Assembly: GCA_964016885.1 (NCBI GenBank)
Contig: OZ024760.1
Span: 2,790,001-2,854,000 of the forward strand
DNA: 64,000 bases
Direction: 5' to 3'
DNA from: Eledone cirrhosa
Taxonomy: Eukaryota
Positions 13,031 to 27,850 of this stretch are shown here, in pieces. Position 1 is the first letter of the stretch; each line of letters starts with the position of its first letter. The notes below the pieces were generated by a model, which saw only the letters and a list, made by a program, of their open reading frames with translations, did no database searches and was not told where the DNA came from. The position numbers were made by a program, and so were the translations under genes.

Positions 13031-14024
13031 TTATGTGTATGTATATATAGATGTGTGTGTGTGTATACAAATATATATGTATATGTATGTGTATATATAT
13101 GTGGGTGTCTGTGATCTATATATACTGGTCATAGACACACACACACTTATACATACACATATATATATATACACACACACACTCATATATATATATATAT
13201 ACACAACAACACCACTAGCTCTCTCTCTCTCTTCCATTCTCCTTCTCTGTCTCCTTCTCTCTCTCTATGTCTCTCTTTCAATCTACTCTGTCACAACCAC
13301 TATCTCTTTCTATCCTCCACCGATTTATGCAAAACTTGTTTTACTCCATTTGTATTCGCATTTGTAAAGCTATGTTGGTACCACAATATCCAGTCCTAAA
13401 TAAATGAGGACGTGTAGGTGTCACGACAAAACAACACACAGTCCACGCTGTAATGTGGCCGTGTAGGTAACACGGTAAAAACCTCCCAGTCCACACTGTA
13501 AACGTGGCTGGTGTTAGGAAGGGCATCCAGCCATAGAAAACCCGCCAGACAGTCCTATACGAGCAAGACAACCAATCTTGCCTCAAGTAGGAAAATTCCC
13601 GTCCAAACCCATGCTAGCGTGGAAGATGGACGTTAAACGATGATGATGATGATGATGATGATGATTTCAGGGTCAACTCCCTTTCAAATTATTTTCCCAT
13701 TATGCACTCTTTTGGCTGTATTACAGACAAGCAAACGAGCAATTGCAGAGTTTTAGTAATATATAGATAGATGTGGTTAATAAAGGAAACATTTCTATTA
13801 CTTTACTTTACTCCATCACAATATTTCATGACTATATTTCCCTACTATTTCTTCTCCCCTAGTATATATATTCTTTCACTCTATATATTTATTTCCCATA
13901 GTATTATTCCTTCTAAAGTATCAATTATATCTATATTCATATCTACTCCAATTATCACTGTACAGCTTTGCCTCATTATATTTTTACATCATGGTTTTAT
14001 TTCATGTTTTATTTTTTATATGGA

Positions 14025-14368
14025 GGAGGCACATGGCTTAGTGGTTAGAGCATTGGCCTTGCAATCGAAAGGTTGTGAGTTCAATTCTCAGACCGGGTGA
14101 TGTGTTGTTTCCTTGAGCAAGACACTTTATTTCAAATTGCTCCAGTTTACTCAGCTGTAGAAATGAGATGATAGGGACTGGGGTCCCTATCATTCCACTG
14201 CAAAGTGGTTGTGGCGGTGCCACGACAAAAAAGCACCCAGCACTCACTGTAAATGAGGTTGGTGTTAGGAAGGGCATCCAGATGTAGAAATCAAGCCAGA
14301 ATCAGTTCCCGTCCCACCCTTGCAAGCAGGGAAAAAGCGGACATAAAATGAAATGATGATGATGATGA
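14025..14368 (+). mobile_element. tRNA-derived SINE family S2 with RTE-derived tail
   Basis: Head ggcttagtggttagag..gagttcaattc; tail cccgtcccacccttgcaagcagggaaaa..atgatg matches RTE 3' end at 41378-41430; copies at 27060-27407(-), 50317-50662(+), 52545-52832(-), 63530-63730(-). Confidence 0.85.
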
Positions 14369-14484
14369 TCAGATTTTACTTTTTATATTACGCTTTATAT
14401 ATTATATTTTATACCTCGCTTTATATATATCATATTTTATATCGTGCTTTATATTTTATATTTTATATCATGCTTTATATAAAA

Positions 14485-15017
14485 CTAGCTGAGGTACCCG
14501 GCAATACCCAGGAGTGGGGGTATTCCCAGTTCCCATTAAAATGCCCAATGCCTCTCAGATCAAAAATGAAATCAAAATATAGGACAGATAATCAAAAGCA
14601 AAGACAAATTCATTTACGAAACAATAATACAAACAAATATTGTTGATTGCATTGGTCAGGCGAAAAAATGTTTGTCAGAGAAGTTGAGTGTTGCTATAAG
14701 GAGAAACATAGAACCCCCATTAAGGTGTCTTAAAATTATTGAAATTTGCTGAAATTTTGTGAATAGGCATCATATCTTATAATTTACCTATGGTTTAAAT
14801 TTCATATAAATCGAAGGGAAAAAATTAAGTGGGGGTTTTCAGCGGGGGGTGGTTGAGCCCCGGGGAACCCTTTGATTAATACGTAAGAAATCAAATGGGC
14901 ATGAGCCCCACACACGGGTCAAGTTTCATCAAGATGGGTTTGGTAGTTTTTGAGATTTATGTTCACGAACAAACAAACAGACAGAAATTGCCATTTATGT
15001 ATATATATATATATATT
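14485..15017 (-). mobile_element. Non-autonomous Helitron
   Basis: Reverse-oriented 3' end CTAG next to a GC-rich hairpin (actagctgaggtacccggcaatacccagg); other end acaaacagacaga..tatatata typical of Helitron 5' termini. Confidence 0.6.
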
Positions 15018-15102
15018 TTCTAGTAAGTTTGTTTTGAAACAGCAGGCGAAGTTTGAAATTCAGTAGAAACCGAAGCTTTTGCTGTATTTTTGACTAAAAT
15101 GA

Positions 15103-16895
15103 AATTATTGTGTACAGTGCTCAGGTGCACTACAACTCATCAAAGGTGCATCTATAATACATAGAATAATTGTTTCTACTTTAGGCACAAGGCCAGCAAT
15201 TACCCAGTGTAATCTGGTACTTTATTTTATCGACCCCGTAAGGATGAAAGGCAAAGTTAACCTCGGCGAGATTTGAACTCAGAATGGCAAGGGCCGTAAC
15301 TCTATGCGTCAAAGCATGGCGTCCGACCCTCTACCGATAATGCCACATAGAATAATGTACAAATGTCAGGAAAGTAAACAGTGTATGAGCATGATATACA
15401 TACAGATACATGTGTGCGTGTATATGGAGAGGGAATATCAGGTGTAGTGTTGGCGAATTTCAGGAAGCATGGAGGTTTTAAAGGATGCAGTGTCTCGAGA
15501 GCTAACAACTGATGGAGGTAGTTTGTTCCATGGAGGTTTTAAAGGATGCAGTGTCTCGACAGCTAACAACTGATGGAGGTAGTTTGTTCCATGGAGGTTT
15601 TAAAGGATGCAGTGTCTCGACAGCTAACAACTGATGGAGGTAGTTTGTTCCATGGAGGTTTCAAATGATGCAGTGTCTCGACAGCTAACAACTGATGGAG
15701 GTAGTTTGTTCCATGGAGGTTTTAAAGGATGCAGTGTCTCGACCGCTAACAACTGATGGAGGTAGTTTGTTCCATGGAGGTTTCAAAGGATGCAGTGTCT
15801 CGACAGCTAACAACTGATGTAGGTAGTTTGTTCCATGAAGGTTTTAAAGGATGCAGTGTCACGACAGCTAACAACTGATGGGGGTAGTTTGTTCCATGAA
15901 AGTTTTAAAGGATGCAGTGTCTCGACAGCTAACAACTGATGGAGGTAGTTTGTTCCATGGAGGTTTTAAAGGATGCAGTGTCTCGACCGCTAACAACTGA
16001 TGGAGGTAGTTTGTTCCATGGAGGTTTTAAAGGATGCAGTGTCTCGACAGCTAACAACTGATGCAGGTAGTTTGTTCCATGGAGGTTTTAAAGGATGCAT
16101 TGTCTCGACAGCTAACAACTGATGGGGGTAGTTTGTTCCATGAAAGTTTTAAAGGATGCAGTGTCACGACAGCTAACAACTGATGCAGGTAGTTTATTCC
16201 ATTGAGGTTTTAAAGGATGCAGTGTCTCGACAGCTAACAACTGATGTAGGTAGTTTGTTCCATGGAGGCCTTAAAGGATGCAGTGTCTCGACAGCTAACA
16301 ACTGATGGAGGTAGTTTGTTCCATGAAGGTTTTAAAGGATGCAGTGTCATGACAGCTAACAACTGATGCAGGTAGTTTGTTCCATGGAGGTTTTAAAGGA
16401 TGCAGTGTCTCGACAGCTAACAACTGATGTAGGTAGTTTGTTCCATGGAGGCCTTAAAGGATGCAGTGTCTCGACAGCTAACAACTGATGGAGGTAGTTT
16501 GTTCCATGGAGGTTTTAAAGGATGCAGTGTCACGACAGCTAACAACTGATGCAGGTAGTTTGTTCCATGGAGGTTTTAAAGGATGCAGTGTCTCGACAGC
16601 TAACAACTGTTGGAGGTAGTTTGTTCCATGCTTCAGCAACTCTGAGTGGGAAAAAATGTTTCCGAAAGTCATGGGAACTGTGCTGTTTTCTGACTTTGTA
16701 GGCATGTCCACGTGTGTTATACACATGGAATTCAAAGAGGTACTCAGGGTTGTTGGCAAGATGGTTAATAATTTTGTGTGTGTTTACCAAGTCAGTTGCT
16801 AGATGCTGAAGCTTCAATATTCATGCTCAGGGAAGCAAGGCGTTCAGGGTACGGTAGATGCCTGATATATTTTTTAAAGCTGTACACGAAGCATT
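15103..16895 (-). mobile_element. CR1-like LINE 3' fragment containing a SINE S1 insertion (15166-15345) and a 61-bp tandem array
   Basis: Minus translation HKIINHL..NTRGHAYKVRKQHSSHDFRKHFFPLRVAEAWNKLP (TRGH..FF..RV..WNxLP CR1 signature). Confidence 0.85.
15468..16630. repeat. 61-bp tandem array, 19 units
   Basis: Unit catggaggttttaaaggatgcagtgtctcgacagctaacaactgatggaggtagtttgttc; first and last CATG are 1159 bp apart = 19 x 61. Confidence 0.95.
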
Positions 16896-17049
16896 CTGTC
16901 ATTAAGGTAACAGATGTTTGATGAGTTTTTAATTCCAGAGTCGGGCCCAATCAATAGAGATCAAACCTTGGGCTGGTCAATCATGAAACAGACGTACGTC
17001 ATACCTGAAAAAACTGAATGACAATTTGACACCTTGTCCATACTTATTA

Positions 17050-17745
17050 TATATATTTATATATATATGTGTGTATATATATATGTATGTGCGTGTTTAT
17101 ATATATATATATATAGAGAGAGAGATATAGATATATTTATATATATACATGTGTGTATATTTATTCATATATATGTATGTGTGTGTTTATTTATATATAT
17201 ATATATGTGTGTGTGTGTATATTTATTCATATATATGTATATGTGTGTTTATTTATATATATATATGTGTGCGTGTGTATATTTATTCATATATATATGT
17301 ATGTGTGTGTATATTTATTCATATATATATGTATGTGTGTGTTTATTTATATATATATATGTGTGCATGTGTATATTTATTCATATATATATGTGTGTGT
17401 GTGTATATTTATTCATATATATATGTGTGTGTGTGTATATTTATTCATATATATGTATATGTGTGTTTATTTATATATATATATATGTGTGTGTGTGTAT
17501 ATTTATTCATATATATGTATATGTGTGTTTATTTATATATATATATATGTGTGTGTGTGTGTATTTATTCATATATATATGTATGTGTGTGTTTATTTAT
17601 ATATATATATGTGTGCGTGTGTATATTTATTCATATATATATATATGTGTGTGTGTGTATATTTATTCATATATATATGTGTGTGTGTGTATATTTATTC
17701 ATATATATATGTATGTGTGTGTTTATATATATATATATATATATG
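17050..17745. repeat. Compound (TA)/(TG) minisatellite with atttattcat spacer
   Basis: Recurrent gtgtgtatatttattcatatata units. Confidence 0.9.
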
Positions 17746-18534
17746 CATATGAGGTATGTCTGTGTGTATATTTACACATACACGCACACACACTCCTACA
17801 CATACACATTTAGCTAAATAAATTTACAGACAGTTCATCCATCTGTTCAGCCACGTTTTTCATGAAGATCTCATTGTAAATATTTACATTCTCTCTCTCT
17901 CTCTCCCTCTCTCTTCCCCATCTTTCTCTCTTTATTTCTCTCCCTCTTTCTTCTCTATTTTTCTTTCCCTCTCTTCTCTCTCTCTCTTTCTTTTCTTTTT
18001 CTTTCCCTCTCTTTCTTCTCTCTTTCTCTCCCTCTCTCTCCCCTCTCCCCCTCTCTCCTATATATATATATATATATATATCAAGCCAGTTTTCCTTTTT
18101 CTTTTTCTTTTCCTTTTTTTCCTTTTTCTTTACTTATCAAACCGGTGTTGACAACAAAATCTGTATAAATGTTAACAGCAAACACATCTTATCTCAAAAC
18201 TAAGTGATTTGATTCTATCAACTCTATATATCATCCATACATAGTTTCTGATGGCCCTTGTTACCAGTCAAAAGAAACCCTTAATCTCTGGCTACCAGAA
18301 ATAAAAAAAAATTTTAAAGAAACGTACCCCACAAAACCACTTCATTAAGTTTTTCTTCGAAACTAAAATGGGATATAAGTTTAATGTCAAGGTAAGCTTT
18401 TTTATTTTACTTTTTCCTAGTTTATTTTTTAGTCATTCACATCTAAGATTCTTTTGTATTTTTATAAAAAAACTTCTTTTGTACAGATGGCAGGATAAAA
18501 GGTCACTAATTGAGAGTAAGGTATTTTGATAAAC

Positions 18535-19735
18535 AGTTATGTTTTGTATGTCTGATTTAGAAGAGATATAATGTATCTTTGTGTGTTGTATGAGGTGATT
18601 TACTGGCTAAGGCCAGAGAGGGCATTTGGCAAGCAAGGATAACCCTTGTCCTAGTAGGGAAAAATAAGCTTAGAACTTGTATTTCTAACAATAGGTGGTT
18701 ATGTTTTAAGTGGATCTGGTTTAGAATAGGTACATTGTATCCCTGTATGTTGTCAGAGATGAATAAACTGGCTAAGGTCAAGAATAACCTCTATATTAGT
18801 ATGTGAAATAACATTAAAACACTTGTTTATAGTGACAACTGGTTGTGTGAATCAGGTTTCTAAAAGGTACACCATATCCCTGAATGTTGTATGGGTGTCT
18901 AAAAGGGCTAAAGCAAGTAAGGAAATCCAACCAACAGGGAAAATATTTATATAATTTGTGTTTCTAGAAAAGAAATAGGCAGTTATGTTTTGTGTGTATA
19001 TGGTTTAGAAGAGGTCCGTTGTGTCCCTGTGTGTTGTCAGAGGTGAATAAACCAGCTAAGGCCAGGGAGGGCATCTCTCCAACAAGGATAACCTATACAT
19101 TAGCATGTGAAATAACATTAACCCTTTAGCATTTAAACCAGCCATATCCGGCCAGAATTCTCTCACCTCTTTCTGTTCAAACTGGCTCCTTATACTGATG
19201 TTAAGGTATTGTTCTCAAAATAAATAATATCAAAATCTCATATATTCAATATTATGTGAGATAATTATGTAAGATAAAGCCTTTACTATGAAAATACAAT
19301 AGTTTATATAGAGTAATGTAAATGCTAGGGGGTTAAAATAATTGGTTATGTCGTGTGTCTCTGGTTTAGAATAGGTACACCATAACCCTGTATGCAGTAG
19401 GGGTATCTAAATGGGCTAAAGCAAATGAGGAAATCCAACCAGCAAGGCTAAACTTTGCCTATCAGGGAAATATAACCTTATAACTTGTGTTTCTAGAAAT
19501 AGGCAGTTTTGTTTTGTGTGTATCTGGTTTAAAATAGGTACACTATAACCTTGTATGTTGTAGGAGGTGACTAAAATGGACAACTCCAAGGAGCACATCC
19601 AGACAACAGGGCTAAGGGCTGCTTTATTAAGAGGAAAAGACTTTATAATGATTACTTATAGTGTTATAGTGTGTATCTGGTATATAGTAGTTACACTGTT
19701 TCCTGCTTGACCTTAGAAGTGACTAAAAGGGTTGG
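18535..19735. repeat. Old degenerate ~140-160-bp tandem repeat (about 7 units), interrupted by a MITE
   Basis: Recurrent gttatgttttgtgtgtatctggtttagaataggtacac..ctgtatgttgt..ctaa near 18535, 18697, 18840, 18979, 19344, 19503, 19665. Confidence 0.7.
19118..19336. mobile_element. piggyBac-type MITE family P (clean copy)
   Basis: TTAA-ccctttagcattta ... taaatgctaggggg-TTAA; further copies at 35557-35989, 42354-43475, 46044-46266, 62615-62920. Confidence 0.8.
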
Positions 19736-20199
19736 TTGGATTCTAGAAGATCATCGAGTCATAAAATATTGATAAAAAAACAACTCATAATAAGTATAAA
19801 GTCAATTGTGGGACCTGCAAAGTTAAACCCTTAATTTGGTAGGGGAAATGACATTAAAATACCCCTGGAAGGTTACATTATGTATAATTAATAATACTAG
19901 GATCTTTTTCAACATGCTGACGCATATGTGTATATGTGTATGCGTGTGTGTATGAGTATGTGTGTGCATGTGCATATGCATACATTTATATGTATGAGTA
20001 TATAAATATAAATGTGCAAACACAGACATACTTACAAAGATACACACTGGGACATACATTCACACAAATACACATACATTCACACAAACACACGTTTACA
20101 CAAACCCACACATGCACACACACTCACACACAGCGTAGCAAATGGAACGCCAGCTGGTGTTTTGCTATAGATTATTTCCCATCCCCTTCCTTCCTTTTA

Positions 20200-21263
20200 C
20201 ACACACATACATTCACACAAACACACACAGACACACACACACACACACACATACATTCACACAAACACTCACACACACACACACACATACATTCACACAA
20301 ACACTCACACACACACATACATTCACACAAACACACACACACACACACATATACATTCACACAAACACACACACACACATATTCACACAAACACACACAC
20401 ATACATTCACACAAACACACACATACATTCACACAAACACACACATATTCACACAAACACACACACACACACACATTCATACAAACACACACACACACAC
20501 ACACATTGTGTAACGGACAGACAGATGGAAGTTGCTCAAATTTATATATAGATTCACACACACACACATTCACACAAACACACACACATATATACATTCA
20601 CACAAACACACACACACATATTCACACAAACACACACCTACATTCACACAAACACACATATTCACACAAACACACACACACACATACATTCACACAAACA
20701 CATATATTCACACACACGCACACACATTCACACAAACACACACACACACACACATTGTGTAACGGACAGACAGATGGAAGTTGCTCAAATTTATATATAG
20801 ATTCACACAAACACACACACATACACACACACACATTCACACATATACATTCATACAAACACACACACACACATATTCACACAAACACACACTCACACAA
20901 ACACACACACACACATTCACACAAACACACACACACACATATACATTCACACAAACACACACACATATTCACACAAACACACACACATACATTCACACAA
21001 ACACATATTCACACAAACACACACACACACACATATTCGCACAAAACACACACACATACATTCACACAAACACACATATTCACACAAACACACACACACA
21101 CACACACACATACATTCATACAAACACACACACACACACACATATACATTCACACAAACACACACACACACATATTCGCACAAACACACACACACATACA
21201 TTCACACAAACACACATATTCACACAAACACACACACATTCATACAAACACACACACGCACGC

Positions 21264-21318
<55 letters not shown>

Positions 21319-22187
21319 CATTCACACAAACACACATATTCACACAAACACACACACACATACATTCACACACACACACATATTCACACAACACACACAC
21401 ACATACATTCACAAAAACACACATATTCACACAAACACACACACATACATTCACACAAACACACACACACACACTCATACATTCACACAAACACACACAC
21501 ACACACACATTGTGTAACGGACAGACAGATGGAAGTTGCTCAAATTTATATATAAATTCACACAAACACACACACACACATTCACACACACACACACACA
21601 TACATTCACACAAACACACACACACATTGTGTAACGGACAGACAGATGGAAGTTGCTCAAATTTATATATAGATTCACACAAACACACACACACACACAC
21701 ACATTCACACACACACACACACACATACATTCACACAAACACACACACACATTGTGTAACGGACAGACAGATGGAAGTTGCTCAAATTTATATATAGATT
21801 CACACAAACACACACACACACACACACATTCACACACACACACACATACATTCACACAAACACACACACACATTGTGTAACGGACAGACAGATGGAAGTT
21901 GCTCAAATTTATATATAGATTCACACAAACACACACATACACACACATTCACACACACACATTCACACACACACACACATACATTCACACAAACACACAC
22001 ACACATTGTGTAACGGACAGACAGATGGAAGTTGCTCAAATTTATATATAGATTCACACAAACACACACATACACACACATTCACACACACACATTCACA
22101 CACACACACACATACATTCACACAAACACACACACACATTGTGTAACGGACAGACAAATGGAAGTTGCTCAAATTTATATATAGATT
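20200..22187 (-). repeat. (CA)-rich array containing 8 copies of a 50-bp Helitron-like 5' terminus
   Basis: attgtgtaacggacagacagatggaagttgctcaaatttatatatagatt near 20505, 20755, 21509, 21626, 21751, 21873, 22005, 22138. Confidence 0.8.
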
Positions 22188-23588
22188 AAGAAATCTTTAA
22201 GATTGTTACAAAAGTATTTGACCAAAAGTAGATTGTTATTATTTTGCTATTGAGATGTCGTCCTTCTTGTCTTCTTATCTTGTCATGCTGATAACAATGA
22301 ATTAATTGGTGTGTGTGTGTGTTCATGTGTGTGTGCATGTTTGTATGTGTCTGTTTGTGTGTGTGTGTGTGTGAGTGCGTGTCTGTTTGTGTATGTGTGT
22401 GTGTCGGTCTGTGTGTGTGTGTGTGTGCTTGTGTGCATGTATGTGGGTGCGTGCATGTGCATGTGTGTGTCTGTTTGTGGCATGCATGTGTGCGTGTGTG
22501 TGTGTGTGTGTGCATGGGTGTGTGTGTGTTTGTGTGTGAGTCTATGTGTGTTTCTGTTTGTATGTGTGCGAGTATGTATGTATGTGTGCGTGTTTGTGTA
22601 TATATATATGTCTGTGTGTGTATGTGAATAGATCTGTATGTGTGTGTGTATATGTGTATGCTTGCGTGTGTATCTGTGTATTTATGTGTCTATGTGACTG
22701 TGTGTTATGAACTGTTGGAAACGAGGTCATAACTTTGAAGTTATGAACTGTTGGAAACAATTTCATAACTTTGAAGTTGTGAATTGTTGGGAAAGAGTTC
22801 AATCATGTTAGGATGAGTTATCTTATCCGTGGCACGAGATTTCATACATGTTAGGATGAGTTATCTTATCCGTGGCACGAGATTTCATACATGTTAGGAT
22901 GAGTTATCTTGTCTATGGTACTGAAGAGATTCAGCAGTCGTTACAGGTAAACTGACATGATAAAGATTGCTGTGTTTGTGTTTCAACAAATTCAACGAAA
23001 TACAAAATGAGTAGGTGATAGATAGAGAGACACTCACTAGAATATATTCGGAACAATCAATTTAAATTAATTTAGAGCAAAATGAGAAATGTAAATAATA
23101 TATGAAAGGAAAGAAACTGTTTCAGCTATATTTAGAACAAATAACCGACATAATTTACTGACAAACATGACTCTTGAATATTGATTATTGATTTTCAGAG
23201 GTGAAAAGAATACCTTTCTCTTTTTAATTAATAATAAAGTAAGAAGGAGGGACAGCGCCCTTGATTTTTCATTGGTTTCTGTCTCTCCCCTCACTGGGTG
23301 GATCAATGCAATTGTGGGTTACATTGAAATTTTTCATATATTATATATGATCACAATCACCACCACCCCTCCACCACCACCACCACCAACAACAACACCA
23401 CCACCAACAACAACAACACCACCACCACCAACAACAACAACAACACCAACAGCAGGAACAACAACACACCAAAATATCACCAACCATCACACCACCCCTC
23501 CACCTCTGCACCAACACACAGTGGAACATTCCAGAAAGTAACAGTACTTCTCTGTTGTTGGTGACATTATATATTTAGTAGTACACAT

Positions 23589-23628
<40 letters not shown>

Positions 23629-23665
23629 AAGTATGTATATATATATATATATATATATTTGTATG

Positions 23666-23702
<37 letters not shown>

Positions 23703-24264
23703 TCATCATCGTTTAACGTCCATCTTCCACGCTTGCATGGGTTTGGACGGGAGTTTTCCCACTTGAGACAAGATTGGTTGTCCTGCTCGTATAGGACTGT
23801 CTGGCGGGTTTTCTACGGCTGGATGCCCTTCCTAACACCAACCACGTTTACAGTGTGGACTGGGAGGTTTTTACCGTGTTACCTACACGGCCACATTACA
23901 GCGTGGACTGTGTGTTTTTTTTTTTTGTCGTGACACCTACACGACCTCATTTGTTTCGGACTGGATGTTGTGGTACCAACATAACTTCACATTTAAGGGG
24001 GTGGTGTGGATGGGGGTGGGGGTAGTGGGACGGGGGGGAGTGTATTTGTTAGAGGTGCCTACTGACTGTATATATATATAATAATAAATAGGGAACAAAG
24101 AATCAGTGTTGCATCATATACATATTTAATCACGTATTACATATGTTTCACTGCCGATCTGCTTGAGGAACGATCAAATAATGTTTGATCCTCTATATAT
24201 ATAAACAAAGATTTGTTTTCGCTCTAACATAGCAGATACGTAAATACATTTGTGAGTGAATAAT

Positions 24265-24635
24265 AATAGTTTCTACATTTGGCACAAGGCCAGCAATTAC
24301 CCAGTGTATTACTGGTACTTTATTTTATCGACCCCGTAAGGATGAAAGCCAAAGTTACCATCAGCGGGATTTGAACTCAGACCATAAAGGGCCGTAACTC
24401 TTTGCTGTAAAGCATGGCATCCGACCCTCTACCGGTACTGCCAAATAATTGTTTCTACTTTAGGCACAAGGCCAGCAATTACCCAATGCCTTACTGGTAC
24501 TTTATTTTATCGACCCCGTAAGGATGAAAGGCAAAGTCAACCTCAGCGGGATTTGAACTCAGATCGTAAAGGGACGTAACTCTATGCTGGAAAGCATGGC
24601 GTCCGACCCTCTACCGATACTGCCAATCACTGCCA
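24265..24635 (-). mobile_element. Two tandem SINE S1 copies
   Basis: Head-to-tail reverse-complement copies of the S1 consensus. Confidence 0.85.
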
Positions 24636-24839
24636 AATAATAATATTAAAATGGTAACATTAATATTCGATTTGTTTGCAAGCAAACAGCCTCATAATAC
24701 CAGGTGTTCTAGATGACTCCTTTTGTTCCAGCAGTAGCTGAGAGTGACAATCTATAATTGTTTCGGAGTTGTTGCCCCTTATCGAGATTGTGTATCTCTC
24801 CTTTTTCTGCTACACACTGGAACTCTTGAGAATATATAA

Positions 24840-25795
24840 AAATGAAAGGCAGATTGTATGATGCTTGCCCACGAACAGCAATGTTACATGGTAGTGAAAC
24901 CTGGGCACTGTTCACAGGGGACCTGTGCAGATTGGAAATAAATAAAGCATGCATGCTCCGATGGATGTGTAATATTAATATACATGAAGGCGGTGGATTG
25001 GCAGTATCGGTAGAGGGTCGGACGCCATGCTTTCCAGCATAGTTACGTCCCTTTACGATCTGAGTTCAAATCCCGCCGAGGTTGACTTTGCCTTTCATCC
25101 TTACGGGGTCGATAAAATAAAGTACCAGTAATGAACTGGGTTATTGCTGGCCTTGTGCCGAAAGTAGAAACAATTATTAATATACATGAATGGCAAAGCG
25201 TAAATGAATTAAGGGAGAAATTAAGGATAATAGGGATCAGATGCAGTATACTAGAGAGGAGATTGCGTTGGTATGGTCATGTGATATGTATGAAAGCTGC
25301 AAGGTGATCAAAATTGATGAAAGCTATGGAGTAGGAAGACCCAGGAAGACCTGAGATGCATCTCGCAAAGACAATGACATAGGATTGCGATCTCTGGCGT
25401 TATGCAGTAATACTGAAGACCCACCTTCCCTTGCACATGGACTCAACTCAAACATACACCCAGTAGTCACCTCTTAATCCACTATAACCTCTTCCATACA
25501 CCACCACCCTCCCACTTCTGTCCACACCACCCATTACACTGTAAAGTTATGTTGGTATCACAAAAACATCCAGCTCACACTGTAAAGTGGCCGTGTAGCT
25601 GACACGACATAAAGTACCCAGCACGCACTGTAAATGTAGTTGGCATTAGGAAGGGCATCCAGCCATAGAAATTTAGCCAGAAACAGTCCTATATGAGCAA
25701 GACATGGTCACCTGAACCAACTTGCCTCTAAAGAGGCAAACCTGTCGAACCCATACTAGCATGGAAAATAGCTGTTAAATGATGATGAGGATGAT
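24840..25795 (+). mobile_element. Decayed RTE LINE interrupted by SINE S1 (24988-25176)
   Basis: KGRLYDACPRTAMLHGSETWA..LRWMCNI; TSD attaatatacatgaa flanks the SINE; continues into RRLRWYGHV and 3' UTR. Confidence 0.85.
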
Positions 25796-25875
25796 ATATG
25801 AGATGAAATATTTGCCCTTGTTTTTCTAATAACCAACACACACACACCCACAAACACACATATACATATACATAC

Positions 25876-26029
<154 letters not shown>

Positions 26030-27559
26030 TTTACGTCTCTCATATTATTGTTCTGCATCCTCATGTATTGAACCACAAAGTTACTAAGACAAAACCTATA
26101 TATTTGCTAGCATAAGTATGCATCTGTGTATATATATGTTACTAGATATACTAATTCTTTATATATATATATATATGTGTGTGTGTGTATATATATACAT
26201 ATATATACACACATATATATATATGTATACATATACATATATATGTGTATATATATACATATATATATATATGTATACACACACACATATATTATATATA
26301 TATACTTACTCTATCTGTCTACCTTAGCTATATATCTATGTTGTTCACCATTATCTCACCTCTTCTAATACACTTTACCTAAAAGGTTAACAAACACTGT
26401 TGACACAATAGAGAAATGCCATGGATTACTATCTGCCCCCCCCCCCCCCATCCTCCCCGTCACTATTTCTCTCTCACTCTCTTCTTCCCTCCCTCCCACT
26501 ATCACTTCTATTTTCTTTACTTTACCTCACTCCATCCCACCCTCCCTCTTTCTCTCTCCCACTACCACCCCCACTCTCTCACTTTTCTTCCCTCTCTCTC
26601 TCTCACTTCCATTACCTTCACTTCCTTCACTCCCTCTTTCCATCTTTCTCTCCAACTATCTCTCTCTCTCGCTCGCTCGCTCGCTTGCTCGCTCTCTCTC
26701 TCTCTTGTTTGAAACAAGTTCATAACTTTGAAGTTATGAACTGTTGGAAATAAGTTCAAACATGTTAGGACGAGTTATCTCATCTCTGGCACTGAAGAGG
26801 TTAAAGCAATGGACTCGGCAGACTATTATAAATAAGTCTCTTTGTCAGGATTTTGGTTGGAGTTTCGTTGAAAATTTCACACTTTCTAGTCGGAAGTTAC
26901 CCCTTAGATAAGATTGTTGGTACACCTGCATCGTATAAAATATAACCAGTCCAAAGGGTTATGAAGATGTATATATATATGTCTAAGTGTGTGTATGTGT
27001 GTGCACACACATACATATACATATACATATACATACATATACACACAGGTATACACCTACATCATCATTCATTTCATCATTTCATTTCACATCCGCTTTT
27101 CCCTGCTTGCAAGGGTGGGATGGGAACTGATTCTGGCTTGATCTCTACAGCTGGATGCCCTTCCTAACACCAACCTCATTTACAGTGAGTGCTGGGTGCT
27201 TTTTTTCCGTGGCGCCTCCACGACCACTTTACAGTGGGATGATATAGACCCCAGTCCCTATCATCTCATTTCTACAGCTGAGTAAACTGGAGCAATGTGA
27301 AATAAAGTGTCTTGCTCAAGGAAACAACACATCACCCGGTCTGAGAATTGAACTCACAACCTTTTGATTGCAAGGCCAATGCTCTAACCACTAAGCCATG
27401 TGCCTCCATATACATACATATACATATACATATACATACATATATATACACATAATCATCATATATATATATATATATATTCAAATATATATATGCCTGA
27501 CCCATGCTAGCATGGAAAAATGGACGTTAAATGATGATGATGATGATGATGATGACTGA

Positions 27560-27770
27560 ACACACAGAGGCTTTTTCTCCAAGAATTATTTTTCTGTTCT
27601 TTTATCTTCTCTCTATCGTTCTATTTCATCATTTATTTCTCATTATATATTCTGATGAAGGACTAGCGTCTGAAACATAAAGACTCTCTTCCTACTATAT
27701 CAAGCGTTAAACTAATATATTTTGTCATTGAACTGTGTTGTCTGCTTTGTTGTTTCTGTTGAATGTTCAC
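27560..27770 (+). mobile_element. PLE-type terminal fragment with minimal hammerhead-like core (27652-27676)
   Basis: CTGATGA-a-ggac-tagc-gtct-GAAAC; stems I and III not convincing. Confidence 0.45.
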
Positions 27771-27780
27771 ATATACACAA

Positions 27781-27811
<31 letters not shown>

Positions 27812-27814
27812 CAT

Positions 27815-27850
<36 letters not shown>

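Noticed and set aside
14025-14100. tRNA gene-like sequence
   Set aside because: It is the head of a multi-copy SINE; no proper cloverleaf, and it runs directly into the SINE body
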